A DNA stretch of 64,000 nt from Octopus vulgaris (lineage: Eukaryota), in NCBI GenBank assembly GCA_951406725.2, contig OX597830.1:31496001-31560000 (forward strand), read 5' to 3'. The notes beneath the pieces were generated by a model, which searched no databases, was not told the origin of the DNA, and saw only the letters and a program-made list of their open reading frames with translations. Shown one piece after another: positions 41,217 to 55,856 of this stretch. The position numbers were made by a program, and so were the translations under genes. How positions within the stretch are numbered: the stretch's first letter is position 1; every line of letters begins with the position of its first letter.

Positions 41217-42015
41217 GGCACAGGAGTGGCCGTGTGGCAAGTAGTTTGCTTACAAACCATATGGCTCTGGGTTCAAACTCACTGCGTGGCACCTAGGGCA
41301 AGTGTCTTCCGACAAAAGCCATGTGAATGGATTTGGTAGATGGAAACTGAAAGAAGCCCGTCGTATGTATGTGTGTGTGTGTGTTTATGTGTTTGTGTGT
41401 GTGTGTGTTTACGTGTTTGTGTTTGTCCCTCCAGCATTGCTTGATGACCGATGCTGGTGTGTTTACATCCCCGTAACTTAGCGGTTCGGCAAAAGCGACA
41501 GATAGAATAAGTACTAGGCTTACAAAGAATAAGTCGTGGGGGTCGATTTGCATGACTAAAGGTGGTGCTCCAACATGGCCACAGTCAAATGACTGAAACA
41601 AATTAAAGAATATATTTTTTACTTATTTATTCTTGTACTTGTTTCTGTCATTTGACTGCGGCCATGCTGCAGCACCACCTTTAGTCGAGCAAATCAACCC
41701 CAGGACTTATTCTTTGTAAGCCTAGTACTTATTCTATCAGTCTTTTTTGCTGAACCGCTAATTTATGGGGATGTAAACACACCAACAGTGTGGTGGTGAG
41801 GGGACAAACACAGACACACAAATACACACACACACACACACACACACATACATGACAGGCTGCTTTCAGTTTCTCTCTACCAAATCCACTCACAAGGCTT
41901 TGGTTGGCCCTAGGCTATAGTAGGAGATACTTGCCAAGGTTCCACACAGTGGGACTGAACTTAGAACTGTGTGGTTGGTAGGCAGGCTTCCTACCATACA
42001 GCCATGCCTGCACCT
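41217..42015. mobile_element. Tail-to-tail inverted pair of family-A SINEs (41217-41610 +, 41633-42015 -)
   Basis: Two near-full copies in opposite orientation about 25 bp apart. Confidence 0.85.
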
Positions 42016-42493
42016 ACTATGTATAGCTTTTTATTATTATATAATAATATATATATTTATATATAAATAGGGGTAAATTAATTACACTGACCCCCGAGTT
42101 CAACTGGTACTTCTTTTATTGACCTCGAAGGGATGAAAGCCAATGTCGAACCCCAGCGGAATTTGAACTCAGAACATAAAGATAAATGAAACGCCACTGA
42201 GCACTCTGCCTCACATGCTAATGATTCTGTCTGACCACTGCCTTCATCACATCAAATATTTACAATCCAAAGTCAAGAAGCAGGAAATAAGTATTAAAAA
42301 TTAGGAATCAAAACAGTTTGGTCGTATATTCTACGCATAGTTAAGACCAAGAACCTAGAATACATCACATGCACTTCATCGCACTATAGTGCTCCTATCT
42401 GTATGATAATAGAGATGCTATCATTTACTTTGGGTGTTTTAGTCTAGTCTATTGCAGTGTATGTGTACACACACACACACACCAAACACACAT

Positions 42494-42546
<53 letters not shown>

Positions 42547-42605
42547 GTCATGCATATGCAGACACACACTCATTCACTCAAACACACTGACAGACTCATA
42601 CGCAT

Positions 42606-42649
<44 letters not shown>

Positions 42650-43475
42650 ACACATAGCATACATCACATGATCTTCATACCCCCACCTCATCTGGTTTGA
42701 TAATAGAAGCTGTATCATCTGCTCGGATGTTTAACTCAATACTTTGGCAGTTTAGCCGGGTACATTATGCATGTATATATTATACATATACATTACATGC
42801 TCTTACTCTTCACACCTACCCGCCACCTACCCGAGTATGATATGATAATACTGGTTGAAGTTGTAATTATCATGACACTAGGTGTAAAAAAAAAAAACAA
42901 AAAAAAGGGGGAAAAAAAAAAGAGGAAAAGTTCCTGGTGTCTTCCGTTAATTGAAACTGTCAGTCACCCTACCCTGAATATACCCGCAGATTTATTCATC
43001 ATTATCTTTGATCTCATGCCTTTGTCCAATCAACCAATTGACTGCTAGCTAGCTTCAGCATCTTTGTCATCTGACCATTCAGTTATTTATCCAGCTGCCA
43101 ATATCTCTAACTATTTAATCTAGCCAACCATCAAGACATCCATCTAAAAATCTATCCGTCCACCATCCATTCATCAAACAGCTATCTTATTCATTGATCC
43201 AGCTATCTAGATTAGAGGATAAGTGAACCATTTGTCCATAAACCATCCATATATATCCAATTATCAGATGATGATCTATACATCTATCTGTCTATCTATC
43301 TATTCATCGTACTGTCAAATCAACTACCTGTCCATCTATGTCGAAATTGCTGGACAATTAACTTCATCTTTCATGTCAGTCTGTTTTTACAGTTACATTA
43401 CATTTTGGTCCAACCCCTCAGCTGTCTTCAAGTAAACCATTCCTAATATACATGTGTATGAGTGTGTGTGATGAA

Positions 43476-43514
<39 letters not shown>

Positions 43515-43837
43515 GTGTATGTTTCTGTGTGTGTGTTTGAGTGCATGAGTGCATGTGTGTCTGAATGTGCATGACTGTGTGAGTGTATGTGCATGTGTGT
43601 GTGTGCATTCTCCTTTCCACCCGCTATTAATGGTTTTTCTCTTTGTGATCTCTCTCTCTCCTCATTCACCCGTACAGTTACGGGTATGTTTCCATGAATG
43701 AACATAGACAACGTCGGATCGAGAGAACTCGTTAGACTTGCCAAGAACTTAGCAACCTTTTTTTTTTTTAGTGCTGATGCATCATCATCGTCATCGTTGT
43801 CGTCGTCATCATCATTGTTGTCCTCGTCATCGTCGTC

Positions 43838-43889
<52 letters not shown>

Positions 43890-43937
43890 CCATCATCGTC
43901 ATTGTCACTATCATCACATCATTATCATCATCATCAC

Positions 43938-43991
<54 letters not shown>

Positions 43992-44185
43992 TGTCATCAT
44001 CATTGTCATCATCATCATTAACATCAGCACCATTTAATGTCTATCATCCATTGCTGGTATGGAGTGAACAGTTTGACAGAAGCTGGTAAGCCAGAGGACT
44101 GTGCTGAGTTCCAATGTCTGTTTTGACATGGTTTCTATGGCAGGATGCCCTTCCCTTATGCGAACCACATTACAGAGTATACTGT

Positions 44186-44512
44186 GTGAAGGCACATGAC
44201 TTAGCGGTTAGAGAGTCACACTTACAATCAATCAAAAGGCTGTGAGTTTAATTCCTGGACTGAGCTGTGTGTTGTGTTCTTGTGGAAGACACTTTATTTT
44301 CTGTTGCTCAGTATCCCCTGATGTGGAAATGAGTTGCGATGTCACTGGTGCCAAGCTGGATCAGCCTATGCTTGCCCCTTGGATAACATCGGTGGTATCA
44401 AAAGGGAGGCTGGTATGCATGGGCGAATCATGTGCCTAGACATGTGCCTCAGAGGGTAACCTTCTAGGTGCAATTCCATGGTGATTTATGACTGAAGGGG
44501 GTCTTTACCCTT
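44186..44512 (+). mobile_element. tRNA-head SINE (same family as 15111) nested in a long family-D element
   Basis: Homologous to 15111-15440. Family-D sequence resumes at about 44520. Confidence 0.8.
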
Positions 44513-45448
44513 TACTCTGTGTGCTTTTCAGGTAGCACCAGATCCAGCAAAGTCACCAAATAACTTGCAAGACAAGATCCTCACCCATAATCACCCATAA
44601 CTGAGAGTAGGAGTGGCTGTGAGGGAGGTGACTTTGTGCCAGGTGATGAGAGGTCAGAGTATGTCAGAGGCAAAGAAACAGGTGTTTTGTTGCTGTAGAG
44701 GAGAAATGGGACAATCCCAGTTTGGAAAGAGAGAAGAGAGGAGAGAGATGGAAGAAAGAGAGGGAGAAAAAGAGAGAGAAAGTGAGAGGAGAAACAGAGA
44801 GAAAGAGACAAGCTTTCACATTGCTCCTGCCCACTCACCTGGGAAAAGTGAGTTACCCTGCGATAGACTGGTGTCCCATCCAGGTGGGGAATATATACAC
44901 GATGAAACCAGGGCACTGACCCTTATAAGTTGGCATGACTTTACCTTTACTCTCAAGGTGCAAAAAAGTTGGTTATAATTGAAGTGGAACAGAGGATTGG
45001 ACAGGGTGAGGGGGCAGGTAAGTTCATGAGAGTATCAAGGGAGAGTAAGACATAGCAGGAACGTTAATGTTGTGAGTGGAGATCATGGTTGGAGTGGCAT
45101 TTATAATTCTGTACAGTGGTTGGCATTAGGAAGGACAGTCAAGTCATAGAAGCCATGCCGGAAACATAACATACAGGCAGGACATGGTCCCTGACCTGTC
45201 CGCAAATTTTACTGATCCAATCAATGCTAACTTGTCCAATGCATAAAAAGCTGGCATAAAATGCTAAAGATGAGGATATATCTACCTTGGCAAGTTGCTC
45301 TCAAGCCCTTCAGATTTTCTAAACTAATCTACTTTTTAATTATTATATTACTGTTGTGACTCATTAGTTATCTATTGCTCTACAATAATTAAGAATCTTT
45401 ACATATTCATTACATGTGTTCATACATACATACATACATAAATACATG

Positions 45449-45531
<83 letters not shown>

Positions 45532-45532
<1 letters not shown>

Positions 45533-45789
45533 CTTTATTTAAAAGCAGCAGAAATATAACAAAAGCTGTTACTCAGAGTTTCACATTCCCATTCGTTGGA
45601 CAGTTTTGTTAAAATAGAACAGAAATAATGATATGATCAAAACTAGTTAAAGGATACACCTTTAAAAATGGATTTGTTTCATTGCTCTTTTCAATTAATG
45701 GTCAATAAAGCATAAAGCATATTACTCTACCACTGGTATTTGAGTACTCTTTTTTTCCACCTTGTTTCACATTTATGTGCTTATTCTCA

Positions 45790-45790
<1 letters not shown>
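45532..45790. mobile_element. Penelope-like pLTR fragment with internal inversion, in (TA)n
   Basis: 45532-45607 matches 55771-55846 directly. 45714-45790 is the reverse complement of about 55700-55775. Confidence 0.75.
45566..45603 (-). ncRNA. Degenerate hammerhead motif (CpG-decayed copy of 55805)
   Basis: CTGT-CCAACGA-ATG GGAA TGT-GAAA-CTCTGAG-TA-ACAG. Confidence 0.55.
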
Positions 45791-45835
<45 letters not shown>

Positions 45836-46236
45836 TAAAGTTTCTTTGTTTATTGTATAGGCTCTACTCAGAAGTGCTCAGATAAAGGACCTGAGACGGA
45901 ATGGTATAAAACAATTTTGAGGAGAATTTCAGAGAGATTCAACAATTTATTCAAACATATATTTTGCCATAGATCAATGCATATCAGTCTTTAATATATA
46001 CCACTGTATAAGTCGTTAAAATACTAAAACATTAAAAATTCAGGAATATACAAATATATAAAAATCTAATATACATGTATAAATAGATGAGTGAAATTAG
46101 GTTAGAAGGGCATTGTAAAAATTATTAAGAATAAAAGTATGCCCTTACAAAAAGGCGAATAAAGTAAAGTCTTCTGAAGGATGAATAAAAAAAAAACATT
46201 GTAGCGTTGAGGTTGGAATATTTGAAAAACATATAT

Positions 46237-46667
46237 AGGAGTGGCTGTGTGGTAAGTAGCTTGCTTACCAATGACATGGTTCCAGGTTCAGTCTCACTGC
46301 GTGGCACCGTGGGCAAGTGTCTTTTACTATAGCCTTGGGCCGACCAAAGCCTTGTGAGTGGATTTGGTAAACAGAAACTGAGAGAAGTCCATCGTATGTA
46401 TATGTGTGTGTGTATGTGTATGTGTGTGTGTGTATGTTTGTGTGTCTGTGTTTGTCCCCCCAACATCTCATGACAACCAATGCTAGTGTGTTTACGTCCC
46501 CCTCACTTAGCGGTTCGGCAAGAGAAAACGATAGAATAAGTACTAGACTTACAAAGAATAAGTCATGGGGTCAATTTGCTCGACTAAAGGCGGTGTACCA
46601 GCATGGCCACAGTCAAATGACCGAAACAAATAAAAAAATAAAAAATAAAAGAATATAAATATATATA

Positions 46668-46715
<48 letters not shown>

Positions 46716-46835
46716 ACTTCTTTCAGTTTCCCTCTACCAAATCCACTCACAAGGCTTCGGTTGGCTTCGGGCTTTAGTAGAAGACACTTGCCCAAGGTGC
46801 CACGGTGTGGGACTGAACCAGGAACCATGTGGTTT
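46237..46835. mobile_element. Family-A SINE (+, 46237-46653) and inverted partial copy (-, 46710-46835)
   Basis: Sequence identity to family A. Confidence 0.85.
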
Positions 46836-47259
46836 AGGTATATAAATACACATGCATTTGTACACACACATCAGTTCTAGCCAGCTAGTATTGTCCAGTT
46901 TCCATCACTGAGACTATTATATAGTACTTGTATTACACACACTGTGTTTGTAACTGCGCGACTTCTTGCACATTACACATATGCGTACGTTATGCGGTGC
47001 GTATGCTACATGTAAATGCGTTGTTGTACGTGTGGCAGAAGTAACGTATACGTGTGAACAAACCACTTCAATGAAATCTAGTTACTGTCCACTTAAATCC
47101 ATCCATCCATCCATCCATCCAAACATTCACCCATCCATTCATTCATCCAAGCATCCAAACATCTATACAATAATATCAACATTTATCATTTCACTCATCA
47201 AAAGGCTTATTCACAGGTTAACCCCACCCTTGCCCACCACCTCTGTAACACCATCAACT

Positions 47260-47750
47260 TTCTCTCTCTCTCTCTTTCTTCCTTTCTTTCTTTCTTTCTT
47301 TCTGCCCCTCTCTCTTTATCACTCTCTCTTCCTCTTTCTCTCTCTCTTTCTCCTTATCTCTTTCCTCTTTCTCTCTCCCTCTTTCCCTTCTCTCTCCCTC
47401 TTTTCTCTCTCTTTCTTGTTCTCTCTCACTCTCTCACTCTTTCTCTCTTTCTCTTTATCTTTCTTTCTCTTACTCTCTCCTTCTTTCTCTCTCTCTTTCC
47501 CTTCTCTCTCCCTCTTTTTTTCTCTCTTTCTTGCTCTCTCACTCTTTATCACTCTCTTTCTCTCTCTTTCACTCTCTTTCTCTCTCTCCCTTTCATTCTC
47601 TCTCCTCTCGCTCTGTGTCCCTATTTCCCACTCTCTTTCTCTCTTTTTCTCCCCTCTTTCTCTCTCTCTCTCTCCTCCTCTCTCCCCCACCCTCATGCTT
47701 TCTTTGCCTTTATTTGCTCGTCTTCCTTTCATTTCACACTCGCTTTTCCT
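47260..47750. repeat. ~490-bp polypyrimidine (CT/CTTT) tract
   Basis: Directly visible. Confidence 0.95.
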
Positions 47751-48325
47751 TCCTGTCCAGAACATCACTTTCCCACTCCAGATCACTCCAGACCACTCCA
47801 GACCACGCCAGACTGACCACGCCGCACCACACCGCACCACACCACACCATACCACATCAAGCTAGGCAATACTAAACGAGACCTTGTAATACCAACCCCC
47901 CACTGCCCCCCCTCATCATCCAACCACCACCACCTCACACTACTACGCTCACTACACAGCACCAATCTATACTAAATCTGTCTGGCCTTTCTGACATCAC
48001 ACTGACCAGTCAGCCAGTTGGTCAGTCCAATGGAAGCTGGCTGTCTAGGTGGTTGGTTGGTTGGTTGGTTGGTTGGTGGGGTTGGCGAGCCAGCTCGAGC
48101 ATTGTCCACCTGGCCAAAGCAGCTGCATGCTGCTTTCCATTGACCAACCAGTTGACTTAGTATGTACACGTGCATGTGTGTGAGCACGCACATGTGTGCA
48201 TGCACATGTATATGCGTAGGTGAGCATGTGCACAGGGCATATGAGCATATGTGTGTGAATATGTACTTGTATTTGTGTCATATATTATCAATATATATAT
48301 ACACACATATATATATACTCATATA

Positions 48326-48363
<38 letters not shown>

Positions 48364-51300
48364 ATATATATAGTATATATGTATGTGTATATATATATAT
48401 ATGTGTGTATAGAAATATGTATATATATATACATATATATATACATATATATACATACAAATACATATATATATATGTATGTGTATGTGTGCATAGAAAT
48501 ATGTATATATATATACATATATATACACATATATACATACATATACATATATATATATGTATGTGTGTGAGTGTGGATATATATACATATATATATATAT
48601 GTGTGTGTATATATATATATACATATATAAATATGTGTATATGCTTGCATGCATGCTAACCGACAAGCACAATGGCCATGCCGTGTGCCATGAAAGTGCA
48701 CTAAGCTGGTTGGTGTCCAGATCAATGGATGGCCTTGTCTGACCGTTGACCAATGTCACCCACTCACCCATTTACACACTGACCGACTAACTCACTGACC
48801 AACCAACCAACTAACTCACTGACTGACTGATTGACCAACACATTGTACTCGCCGACCGACCGACTGGTCAGCCAGCTAACTGACCAGCCAGTGAGCCAGC
48901 CTCTTCCCATCAACTACCTATACAACTGCACACACGGCATCACCTCATCAACACCAATAACAATAACACCCATCCCCTCACACACATACACACACACACA
49001 CACATGCACACATGCATGTATGTGCATGTTTAGCTTGCTTTCTCTCTCTCTTTCCTCCGGAGATGGAAGGCAGGTGGAGGTGGAGGTGGTTGTGGTCGTG
49101 GTTGAAAGGGTGGCATGGGGGTTCGACAAATTTCCCTACCAATCCATCACTGCCCATCACCACCACAACCACCACCACCACCACAACCACCACCACCACC
49201 ACCACCTGCCACCGCACCACCACTGCCACAACTGCCGCCGACGCTGTGACACTACCCCCACCACTGTCGTCGCTACCATATGCCTCCTTTATACGCACCA
49301 ACCTTGACCTCTCTTTTACAACAAACCTCCACACCAACTGACCGACTGACCGCTTGTTATTAGTGCTTCGGAGAAGTGGGGTGTTAGGTTGTAGGCTGGG
49401 GGGGGGGATATCGGTAGGATAAGGGAAGGGGAGGAGGAGGAGAGAGTAGTGACAATAGCAGTAGCTGCAGCAGCAGTAGTAGTAGTAGTAGTAGTAGCAG
49501 CAAGAGAGAGAGAGAGAGAGAGAGAAAGAAAGAGAGAGAGAGGGTGATGCAAAAGCAGCAGTCATTTGATGAGATACTAGTAGAGCACTGCATGACTTTT
49601 ATGTTGAAACGTGTATGCATTCACTCACATGTGTGTGTGTGTATGTAAGAACGAGTGTCTGTATAAATGTTTATATGCACGTGTGTCTGCATGTGTGCTT
49701 ATGTGTGTGTGTGTGAGTGTATGCTTGTGCATATCTGTGTCAAATGCCTTGCATTAAGACTAAAAGACCTGGCACCTTTATGTTGCAGGGTGTGGACAGT
49801 AGAAAAAAAATCTTCAAATTCATATGGCTGTGGGTGGGTGAGGGATGGGGGTAATGGATAGAGGGTAGGCAAGGCATTAAATTCAGAGTACAGAAGGAGT
49901 AAGGAAAAAGGAAAAAGAAAAAAAAAGAGAGAAAAAGAAGCAAAGTGGAAGAGAGAAAGAAGTTGCTTGAGAGTGAGATGAAAGAAAGATGAAGTGAAGA
50001 AGAGATGAAAATGAATGAGAAATTTGAAGAAAATGTAGAAGTGAAAGGGATGGCTGTGGAAGGGAGAATAAAATGAGGTGGGGTTGGGGAAAGAGAGAGA
50101 GAGAGAGAGAGTGAGTAAGACAGAAAGTGAGACAAAGAGAGGATGAGAGGGAAAGAGAAAGAGAGGGAGAAAGAACATCTGAAAGTGAAAATGAAAGTAG
50201 AAATAGCAATGATAAGGTGAGAGAGGTGGGTAGAGAAGTAATAGAAAGAGAGAGAGAGAGACAGACAGAAAATGAAAGAGGGAAAGTGAGGAGGAGAGAG
50301 AAAGGGAGAGAGGGAGAGAAAGTAAGTGAGGTAGAGAGAATGTGAAGGGGAGAAAGTTGAAGGAAGATATGGCCTACTGAACTAAATGCTATAAATAGAT
50401 TTAAAGGTTGGTAGGTGGTGTGTACCTACTTGCACCTCTACACCTTTCCTGTCATCACAAACACTTAGAACTTGACCAGTAACAATAGTGCCATGCCAAG
50501 ACCAGCTGCCCAGACCCACCCACCCAAGTGACCAACTGCTCACCCACCCATCCATACACCACAGCAACCAAATCAAACCAAAGTGACCAAGCAACACCAA
50601 CACCACTAACAAGGTCATCTGTGATGTTTATTATCACCATGGGACAACAATACCGGCACCATCACTGCCAACACCACCACCACCACCACTGCCAACACCA
50701 CCACTACCACTGCTAAAACTGCCATCAATACTAAACCACCAAAATCATCACTACCACCTCTACCACCTCTACCACCGTTATCACCACTACCACCACTAGC
50801 AATGCCAGCACCAGCACCACCACTACAACTACTACCACACTAGCAACAACTACAACACCCCCACTATTTCCACCATTACTCTGACCATCGCTACTACTAT
50901 CATCACAATCACCACCATCACCACTACCACCATTACTTCTACTACCACCACCATTGCCACTATTACCACCACTGCTACCAAGACCATTATCACCACCACA
51001 TCACTGCCACTATTACTCTAACCATCACCACCATCACCACCACCACCACCGCCACTACTGTTAGTGGTGTTGTGACCTTCAACATCAACAATATGGCCAC
51101 TATCAACACCACTTCTCTTCCCCATCTCCTCTCCTACACACACAACTGCTCACACCCCTATCACTGCCACAAACAGCAACAACAACAACAACAACAACAA
51201 TAACTTCAGAAGCCATTGAGTGAGCTTTAATGTGGTCTATTGACCTGCAAAAAACAACAGCCAAATTCCCTCAAAGCACACTCTACCATCTTTAAAAGAG

Positions 51301-52162
51301 GAAAGAAAAATATAAATTATTATACATTGGACATTGGTTATACAAAAAAGAAAGGTGAGAAGGTCATGGCTGGAATGCCTTTGATCATAGTTCTGCTAAA
51401 TCAAGACTGACCTGGGATTAATCAACTACAACAACAATAACTCTAATACAATTAACACTGCCTCCACCATCACCTTCAAAGCTTTTCCAGTATTGTTCTT
51501 CAACCCCTCCCCCTGTCCTGCTATATTAACACCTCTGATGCTCTCAATGTGGCCCTCCACGACCACCACTACTTTTGCCGCCAACATCAGAAACATCCAC
51601 CACTGCCACCGCCACTGCCATTGCTACCGCTGCTGTTCCGCCACTACCTCCACCACCACTGACACTGCTTCTGTCATCACCATCATCGCCATCATCATCA
51701 TCATCATCACCACCACTGACAACAACTTCACAATTCCACCACCACTACCACCATTATCATTGCCACTACCAGCAGGACCATTACCACCATCACAAACACT
51801 ACCACCATCATCATAATCATCATCAGCAGCACCATCACCACTGACAACAACTGCACAATTCCACCACCACCACCAACACTATTACCACCACCATCACCAC
51901 AGTCACTGAAGCTGCCACTACAACCAATACCATTGACTGGCGCTAATACTAATGTTATAAAAGAATCTCACCAAACAAACACACCATTACAATGCTGGCT
52001 TCAACACCTGCACCAGTGCCACCATCAACATTCGTGCCAAACACCATTGCCACCAATAATTTCAAGTAGAACAACAATAACAACAACAGCATTCATTACC
52101 AAGACCTACTCTGAAAGGAAGAGCAGTGGAAACAGCAAATACCAATACAATAACCTCTACTA

Positions 52163-52670
<508 letters not shown>

Positions 52671-52808
52671 TAATAATAATAATAATGATAATGATTTCGT
52701 TTATATGTCACAAGGGCAAAGTGTGAGGGGAACAATACAAAGACAGACATAAAATGTGGGGGTTTACATATATCCAAATGATAACCTTTAATAATAATAA
52801 TAATAATA

Positions 52809-52843
<35 letters not shown>

Positions 52844-53166
52844 AGTAATAATAATAGTAATAATAATGACTTCGCATATTTGCCACCAGGGTGAATAATA
52901 ATAATAATAAAAATAATGATAACTTCGAATTTTGACATAAGGCCAGCAAATTTGGTGGGAGTGGGGCGAGGGGTAAGTCTATTACATTGTTCCCCCAGTG
53001 CACAGCTGGTACTTATTTCCATCAACTTTGGAAGGACAAAAGACAAATGATGGAATAGAGGAGAAGAAGAAGAAGAAGAAGAAGAAGAAGAAGAAGAAGA
53101 AGAAGAAGAAGAAGAAGAAGAAGAAGAAGAACAAAAACAACAACAACAATAATAATAATAATAACA

Positions 53167-53215
<49 letters not shown>

Positions 53216-53396
53216 CGACGACGATGATGATCCTTTCTACTAAAGGCTCAAGGCCTGAAATTTTGTGGGAAGGGGACTAGTCAATTATATTGACCTCAGT
53301 ACATAACTGGTACTTAGTTCATCAACCCCAAAAGGATGAAAGGTAAAGCTGACCTTGATGGAATTGATGAGAAAAACAAGATCAACAACAACAACA

Positions 53397-53427
<31 letters not shown>

Positions 53428-54083
53428 TAATCCTTTTTATTATAGGTACAAGTACTGAAATTTGAGGGGAGGGGGGATAGTCATTTGCAACTACCCTAGC
53501 ATTCAGCTGGTACCAATTTTATCGATCTCGGAAAGCCAGCCTTGGCAGAACAGGTAAGAAGAAGACCAACAATAATATTGATGATGATGATGATAACAAT
53601 AATGGTGATGATGATGATGATGATGATGATGATAACAATAGTAACAACACCATCCCACCACTAATAACGAAGACACCAATACCAAGTGTACCGTCAACAG
53701 CAACGCTACCAATAGCACCAGTAGTTTATACAAACATACATAAAACAACCATTATCCCACATCATCACCACCACCACCACCACCGTCGCCGCCGCCGCCG
53801 CCATCACCAGTACTAGCTGCAAGACGAAGACCAACACCAGAACCCATCCTGACCAATACCGACACTAACAGCGCACCGCACCACCGCTAACACTGCAACC
53901 CCACACCGCTACCTCTTGCCGCCGCCGTAGTAAATAAATAGCCGGCTACACAGTAAATTACCTCTTTTACTTCTTCGCAACCCTCTCCTCCCCCACTGCC
54001 CCCCACTCACCCAACCACCCAACCAAACATTCACACCGCCCGCCCACCCACCTCTCACACCAACCATCCCCACCCTTACTTAC

Positions 54084-54177
54084 CTCTACTTCCATCCCTG
54101 CCTCCGACACCTAGCTGTGTCCATGGCTGTAACTAACACGGACTGAACGTGTGCCAGTCTTTGGTCAGCTTAGTGAG

Positions 54178-54252
<75 letters not shown>

Positions 54253-54270
54253 AAGAGAGGGAGAGAGAGA
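54084..54270 (-). promoter_or_regulatory. Candidate promoter/first exon
   Basis: Minus strand: (CT)n tract, TCAGTC initiator-like motif (54146-54141), perfect donor GAG|GTAAGT at 54083, then a CpG/GCC-rich stretch at 53780-53950. Confidence 0.3.
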
Positions 54271-54763
54271 GAGTGGTCAAGGGAGATGGGTGTGTACGTG
54301 TGTGTGTGTGTGTTGGAGAGATCAAGTGTTTATGTACTATTCGGTATATTACACTTTAGTTAGTACATTGTATGCACACACATACGAAAACAAGTGCGTG
54401 CACAAACGCAAACACACGTGCACATGTGCACACATGAGCGCCGACTTACGCACACGGACACTTCCTTTGCAGACTGACCAGTCTTAAAGAGCATGTAACA
54501 GTCGCACGTGTTGTTTTATCGAATGTATATGCTGGACAATGCAATTAGTAGATGACCACCGATCAAATGTGTGGACATGTGCACTTGTGTATATGTGTGC
54601 GTGTGTGTGTGTGCACACGTGTGCATGCTTGTGTGTGTGTGTGTATGCGCATGTGAATATTTGTGTAGGTGTGTCTGGTCCTATGTTTGTGTATAGGACT
54701 ATATGACTGGATTGTGTATGTGTGTATATATGAATATATGATATATAATAAGTGTGTGTATAA

Positions 54764-54796
<33 letters not shown>

Positions 54797-54870
54797 GATA
54801 CATATAAATACAGGTACACACAAACTTGCACATATATTGCAGTAAATATCTGTGTTTGTGTGCATACATG

Positions 54871-54905
<35 letters not shown>

Positions 54906-55436
54906 ATATATTATGTATTTATTTATGTATGTATGCATGTATGTATCTATCTATCTAGCTATCAAGCTATCTATCTATTTATATATATATATGTACGTTT
55001 ACACACACACACTCACACACACATTTTAAGTGTATAAACTTTAAAAACTTTTGTCATGAACTCTCAATACACTGTGTAGAGCTCAAAATTTTAGGCATAA
55101 AGAACGTATCTCTCTTTCTCTCTCACACACACACACACACACGCACACGCACACGCACGCACACACACACACATAAATACAGTGTACATTTAAACACATA
55201 AAAAGCATCCATCATAGGATTCCTTGCATGCTAGAGAGAACAGTTAAATTCCAAACCACTATTAGGGATAAAAACTCGAAGGGAATGAAAAATAAAAACA
55301 TTTACCATCTAACTCTTGCCTCTTATGTGTCTAAATGTACACTGTATTTATGAGAATATTATATAGTCGATTGACTAAATTTTTACACGCTAGGCCACTG
55401 GTAATCAAAATTTCTAATATTTCTGATTACCCTTTG

Positions 55437-55482
<46 letters not shown>

Positions 55483-55487
55483 TATAT

Positions 55488-55680
55488 AAAGTTAATCCAA
55501 ACAAGAAAACAAAAAAAACACAACAACGCAAGGACGTGGAACAATTAAAGTATTATTGGACGCTCAGGAAAGAAGGGAAGAAGGAGGGTTTAATGTTTCG
55601 AGCGGAGCTCTTCGTCGGAAAGATAGGAGAAGGAAAGATCCCGAGAAGGGAAGACAGAGGAAAAAAAAAATCGCCGGTGG
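55488..55680 (-). mobile_element. Penelope-like pLTR-type insert in (TA)n with hammerhead motif at 55589-55621
   Basis: TTT-CCGACGA-A-GAGC TCC GCTC-GAAA-CATT-AAA. The stem III and cleavage region look CpG-decayed. Confidence 0.55.
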
Positions 55681-55804
55681 TATATATATATATATATATA
55701 CCGGAGTAAATACATAAATGTGAAACAAGGTGGAAAAAAGAGTACTCAAATACCAGTGGTAGAGTAATATGCTTTATTTAAAGCAGCAGAAAATTCAACA
55801 AAAC

Positions 55805-55842
55805 CTGTTACTCTGAGTTTCACATTGCCGTTCGTCGGACAG
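55805..55842 (-). ncRNA. Minimal type-I hammerhead with U4C core
   Basis: CTGT-CCGACGA-ACG GCAA TGT-GAAA-CTCAGAG-TA-ACAG: stem I CTGT/ACAG, GNRA-capped stem II, quasi-palindromic stem III, GUA triplet. Confidence 0.75.
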
Positions 55843-55856
55843 TTTTTATATATAGT

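Noticed and set aside
42831-42877. 47-nt minus-strand micro-exon
   Set aside because: Splice-like motifs could arise by chance beside a poly-T run.
46966-47865. 299-aa ORF, the longest in the track
   Set aside because: It is derived from the CT-rich tract and flanking simple repeats.
50640-51940. Thr/His-rich mucin-like coding region
   Set aside because: Degenerate (ACC/ACT/CAT)n with stops and frame changes, and no convincing splice sites.
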